A DNA stretch of 64,000 nucleotides from assembly GCA_963748015.1 (NCBI GenBank), contig CAVVHE010000005.1:480001-544000 (forward strand), given 5' to 3'. Below are positions 60,508-64,000 of this stretch, in pieces. Every line of letters begins with the position of its first letter. Position 1 is the stretch's first letter. A program made the position numbers and the translations under genes. The stretch comes from Terriglobia bacterium. GTDB taxonomy: Bacteria; Acidobacteriota; Polarisedimenticolia; Polarisedimenticolales; JAIQFR01. The notes beneath the pieces were generated by a model that did no database searches, was not told the DNA's origin, and saw only the letters and a program-made list of their open reading frames with translations.

Positions 60508-61896
60508 ATGACGTTCATCCGCATGACGCGGCCGAGGTCGGTCGTTACCTTCGCGCTCGAGGGCGGCCTGACGTTCGTCGTCCTCTACGGCCTCGCGAAC
60601 GTGACCACGGCCGTGACGCAGGGGATCACCCGCTCCACTCCCGTCGCGCAGATCGCGGGATTGAGCTTGTTGTTCGTCCTCTGCGTCGCGCTCGCGCGAA
60701 GCGCCCGCGCCGGCGACGAGAGCAACCTGAGGCGCGAGGTCGCCTTGGCGTCGGTCGTTTCCCTGACCCTCGGGGTCGGCGCGTTCCTGGTCGATTGGAC
60801 GTTCCGAGGGACGCCTCGCCCGCTGACGGGTTTCCTCATGCTCGAGGGGGCCTTCGCCGTGCCGGCCGCGGTGGCCGCGTGGCGGTGGACGGCGATCCGG
60901 CTCAACGTGCTGGACGGGTGGCGCGAGCGGGTTCTCGTGCTCGGCACGGGGCAGAACGCCAAGCAGCTCTGCCAGTTCATCGCGCAGAACCTCGCCAACG
61001 ACTATACCGTCGTGGGCTTCGCGGACGAAAACGACTCGCGGATCGGCCAGATGCTCGCCATGGGCGTGCGGATCCAAACCGACTTCGGCTCGCTGAGCCG
61101 GTACTGCCCGAGCCATGCCGACCGGGTCATCGTCGCCCTCGACGAGAAGCGAGGGAAGCTCCCGCTCGAGCCGCTGATGCAGCTGAGGCTCGCGGGAATC
61201 GACGTCGAGGACACGACCTCGTTCATCGAGCGGACCAGCGGCAGGCTGGCCGTGGACACGATGCTCCCCTCGTGGCTGATCTTCTCCGACGGGTTCAAGA
61301 CGTCGGCGCTGCGTCTCGCGCTGAAGCGGCTGCTGGACGTGACCCTCTCGCTCATTCTCCTCGTCGTGACCGCGCCGCTCATGGCGCTGACCGCGGTGCT
61401 CGTTCGTCTCGAGAGCGGCGGCCCCGTGCTCTACCGGCAGAAGCGAATGGGACAGAACGGCCGGGAGTTCGAGGTGTTGAAGTTCCGCTCGATGGTCCAG
61501 GACGCCGAGAAGCAGTGCGGGCCGACATGGGCCCGCACCGACGACCCGCGGATTACCCGGGTGGGCTGTGTCATTCGCAAGCTCCGCATCGACGAGATCC
61601 CGCAGCTCTTCAACGTCCTCGCGGGCCAGATGAGCTTCGTCGGGCCCCGTCCGGAGCGACGGCATTTCGTCGAGCAGCTCGAGAAGCGGATTCCCTACTA
61701 CCGGCTTCGCGAGACGGTGCGGCCGGGCATCACCGGCTGGGCGCAGGTGCAGTACCAGTACGGCGCCTCCGAGGAAGACGCGCTCGAGAAGCTCAAGTAC
61801 GACCTGTACTACATCAAGAACTGCAACGCGCTGTTCGATCTCTGGATCGCGCTGAAAACGGTCAAGGTCGTTCTTCTCGGCTGCGGCGCCCGCTGA
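60508..61896 (+). CDS. Priming polyprenyl glycosylphosphotransferase (TIGR03013-like sugar transferase)
   Basis: 4 TM segments, PSWLIFSDGF, KRLLD, KFRSM, DEIPQL, VGPRPER, PGITGWAQV and KLKYDLYY. Confidence 0.93.
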   Translation: MTFIRMTRPRSVVTFALEGGLTFVVLYGLANVTTAVTQGITRSTPVAQIAGLSLLFVLCVALARSARAGDESNLRREVALASVVSLTLGVGAFLVDWTFRGTPRPLTGFLMLEGAFAVPAAVAAWRWTAIRLNVLDGWRERVLVLGTGQNAKQLCQFIAQNLANDYTVVGFADENDSRIGQMLAMGVRIQTDFGSLSRYCPSHADRVIVALDEKRGKLPLEPLMQLRLAGIDVEDTTSFIERTSGRLAVDTMLPSWLIFSDGFKTSALRLALKRLLDVTLSLILLVVTAPLMALTAVLVRLESGGPVLYRQKRMGQNGREFEVLKFRSMVQDAEKQCGPTWARTDDPRITRVGCVIRKLRIDEIPQLFNVLAGQMSFVGPRPERRHFVEQLEKRIPYYRLRETVRPGITGWAQVQYQYGASEEDALEKLKYDLYYIKNCNALFDLWIALKTVKVVLLGCGAR

Positions 61897-61987
61897 TCCC
61901 CGCCCGCGACCGGCTCCTCTCCGATTCACCGGATCCACCCGGCGCGCGGTAGACTGTCTCTCCCGGTCGGGCCGCGCCCGGCGCGGC

Positions 61988-63097
61988 GTGGAGGGGACGC
62001 TCCTGGAAGAGATCCGGTTCGGGTGGCTCGACGGCAGCGCCCGGGTGCGCTCGGACGACGACGCATTCGTCGCGATCGTCCGTCGCCTCTGGGGCGCGTC
62101 GCCCGCGTCGGAGGGGCCGTTCCGCGAGTACGAGATCTCCTTCGCCGATTCCGGCCGCGCGCGCTTCCGGGGCCCCGGCGGCGAGCAGCCGCTCGACGGA
62201 CGCCATCCTTCCTGGCACGCCTACAACCTCCTCATGCGGGACCTCCTGGGCTCCGTGGGCGGGCACTTCGTGTTCCACGCCTCGTCGCTCGGGGCCGGGG
62301 GGCGCGCCATGCTCCTCGCGGGGCCTTCGAACTTCGGCAAGACGACCCTCGCGGTGCACCTCGCCTTTCACGGGTACTCCCTGCTGGCGGACGATCTGAC
62401 CGTCGTGCAGCGCGGCACCGGCCGCCTGGTTCCGTTGCCCAGGTCGCTGAATTTGCGCCGCGGATCCCGTACGACGCTCGGCCCGGCGCAGCTCGACGCC
62501 CTGGCCCGCGCGGCGCGCGGGGCGGGCGGCGACGAGTGGGCGGTGGATCCCCTTGCCTTCCGCGCGCCCGTGGCCGAGCCGTTCCGCGTCGCCGCGGTGG
62601 TCCTCCTTCGCTCGGAAGGGGACGGCGTGTCGGTCCGGCGTTTCCGCTCCCACGAGATCTGGCTGCTCGAGGGGCACGAGAGCGCGGCCGACGAGATTCG
62701 GGAGCTGCGCGGCGTGCGGCGGGTGCTCACGGACGCCGGGTCGCCGGAGGTCATCCGGGTGGACGCGGAGGAAGCCGCTCCCCTGACCCGCTGGCTGCGC
62801 GACCATCACGAGATCGTCGTCGCGTCGATCAAGCTTCCCGATCGCGCGCCGGACTTCTCCAAGAGATCGCGGGCGGTCCCGATCGGGCCGTTCCAGGCCG
62901 CGCTCGAGCTGGGCCAGGAGATGCTCAACCGGCACCAGGGGAGCATCCTCGCGAGGGAATTCGAAGGACGCGAGACGCACCTCGTCGCCGAGATCTCGGG
63001 CCTCCTCGAGGAGTCGCGGTGCTTGGCACTCTGGCCGGGACGCCCCGAAGAGGCGCTCGAGCTGTTGAGCGACGTCTTGGAGAAGTCGGACGACTGA
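61988..63097 (+). CDS. HPr-kinase-related P-loop kinase
   Basis: FHASSL, GPSNFGKTT Walker A, and LADD signature. Confidence 0.75.
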   Translation: MEGTLLEEIRFGWLDGSARVRSDDDAFVAIVRRLWGASPASEGPFREYEISFADSGRARFRGPGGEQPLDGRHPSWHAYNLLMRDLLGSVGGHFVFHASSLGAGGRAMLLAGPSNFGKTTLAVHLAFHGYSLLADDLTVVQRGTGRLVPLPRSLNLRRGSRTTLGPAQLDALARAARGAGGDEWAVDPLAFRAPVAEPFRVAAVVLLRSEGDGVSVRRFRSHEIWLLEGHESAADEIRELRGVRRVLTDAGSPEVIRVDAEEAAPLTRWLRDHHEIVVASIKLPDRAPDFSKRSRAVPIGPFQAALELGQEMLNRHQGSILAREFEGRETHLVAEISGLLEESRCLALWPGRPEEALELLSDVLEKSDD

Positions 63098-63120
63098 CCG
63101 CGAACCGGAGGATCGAGCCG

Positions 63121-63393
63121 ATGTTGCCTGACCATGCGCGGCCGCGGCCGACGCGGACCCATCACGAGAAGGACCTCGCCGGAGAGTACCTGTTCTACGA
63201 CCATGGCGGAGACCAGGTCCACGTCCTGAACGGCACCGCGCGCGAGATCTACCTGCTCTGCGACGGGAGCCGGACGCTCGACGCGATCACCCGGTCGTTC
63301 GCGGAAACGTACGCCGTGGGCGAGGCGACGTCCCGGACGGACGTCTCGGCGGTGATCTCGGAGCTCGTCGAGCGGGGCCTGCTCGCCGTCTAG
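63121..63393 (+). CDS. PqqD/RRE family protein
   Basis: 90 aa; VHVLNGTAREIYLLCDGSRT...DV..I.EL.ERGLL. Confidence 0.88.
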   Translation: MLPDHARPRPTRTHHEKDLAGEYLFYDHGGDQVHVLNGTAREIYLLCDGSRTLDAITRSFAETYAVGEATSRTDVSAVISELVERGLLAV

Positions 63394-63654
63394 TCACGCC
63401 GCGCCCGGGTCGCTCGCATTCGAGTTCGACCCGAAGCGGCCCTCTTTTCTCGCGGCCGGTTCTTCCATTGAAGGCCGCGAGAAAAGCGAAGCGAGGCTGT
63501 AGGTCGATACTCAGCTTCCCTTCAGCCGAGGTCGCCAGCCCTTGGCCGCGGGACAAGGGCTGGCAACTGGCGGCGCGGCGACCTTGCGCCGCGATCCGCC
63601 GAAGCGTGCCGCGCGGGTCGAACTCGAATGCGAGCGACCCGGGCGCGTACCTTG

Positions 63655-64000
63655 TTAGGCGCTGGCCGTTTCCGTGTGGGCGGACTCGTTCAGGAGGCGC
63701 AGGACCTCGAGGCGGAAGTGCTCGAGCTGAAGCGGCTTGATGAGGCAGAGATCGGCTCCCGCGTCGTACATCCGCCGGATGATGTCCTGCTCCGGGAACG
63801 CGGTGATCGCGAGGATCCTGATTCCCTTGGTCTCGGGGTTCTGGCGGATCGAGCGGCAGAGCGATAGGCCGTCGACGCGCGGCATTCGCACGTCCATGAC
63901 GATGAGATCGGGGCGCAGGGTCCCGATCTTGATCCCCGCGTCGTAGCCGTCGACGGCTTCCTCGATCTTCAGCCCGGGCTCCACCTCGGTCAGGACGCGG
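63655..64000 (-). CDS. Response regulator receiver domain, 5' end beyond the window
   Basis: AVDGYDAG, PDLIVMDVRMPRVDG, ILAITA and GADLCLIKP. Confidence 0.85.
   Translation of the reverse strand, partial: RVLTEVEPGLKIEEAVDGYDAGIKIGTLRPDLIVMDVRMPRVDGLSLCRSIRQNPETKGIRILAITAFPEQDIIRRMYDAGADLCLIKPLQLEHFRLEVLRLLNESAHTETASA

Noticed and set aside
49397..63393. Complete lasso peptide gene cluster
   Set aside because: No precursor-like short ORF or B2 protease was found; it is kept only as an accessory-set observation.
1..64000. CRISPR arrays, rRNA, tRNA, intact transposases, prophage genes
   Set aside because: None were recognised by eye. Intergenic gaps show no regular repeat-spacer pattern. A covariance-model scan would be needed to exclude small ncRNAs.

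Overview
High-GC bacterial DNA with many single-base indels, most likely long-read or metagenome assembly errors. Almost the whole window is one large exopolysaccharide/surface-glycan locus of the type usually tied to exosortase A/PEP-CTERM systems. It holds a priming sugar transferase, Wza-like export protein, outer-membrane beta-barrel, chain-length protein, tyrosine kinase, deacetylases, a FemAB-like protein, three asparagine-synthetase-like proteins, an O-ligase, many glycosyltransferases, CDP-sugar enzymes and an ACP/acyl-ligase/NadE-like set. No exosortase gene and no PEP-CTERM tail is visible. The most striking unexplained signal: three unrelated secreted proteins end in the same 10-residue motif (PAAPTGVRVR, PPVPGNVRAR, PPAPGAVRAR), and a fourth carries it at its mature N-terminus (PEAPRNVRIL). 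The motif resembles the first (A) strand of a fibronectin-III domain. A large secreted Fn3/Ig protein at the window start begins with an Fn3 domain that appears to lack that strand. That gene and the three tailed genes each have a sigma54-type -24/-12 promoter. I infer a co-regulated donor-strand docking/assembly system for surface enzymes; this is a hypothesis. Family names come from motif recognition, not database searches.
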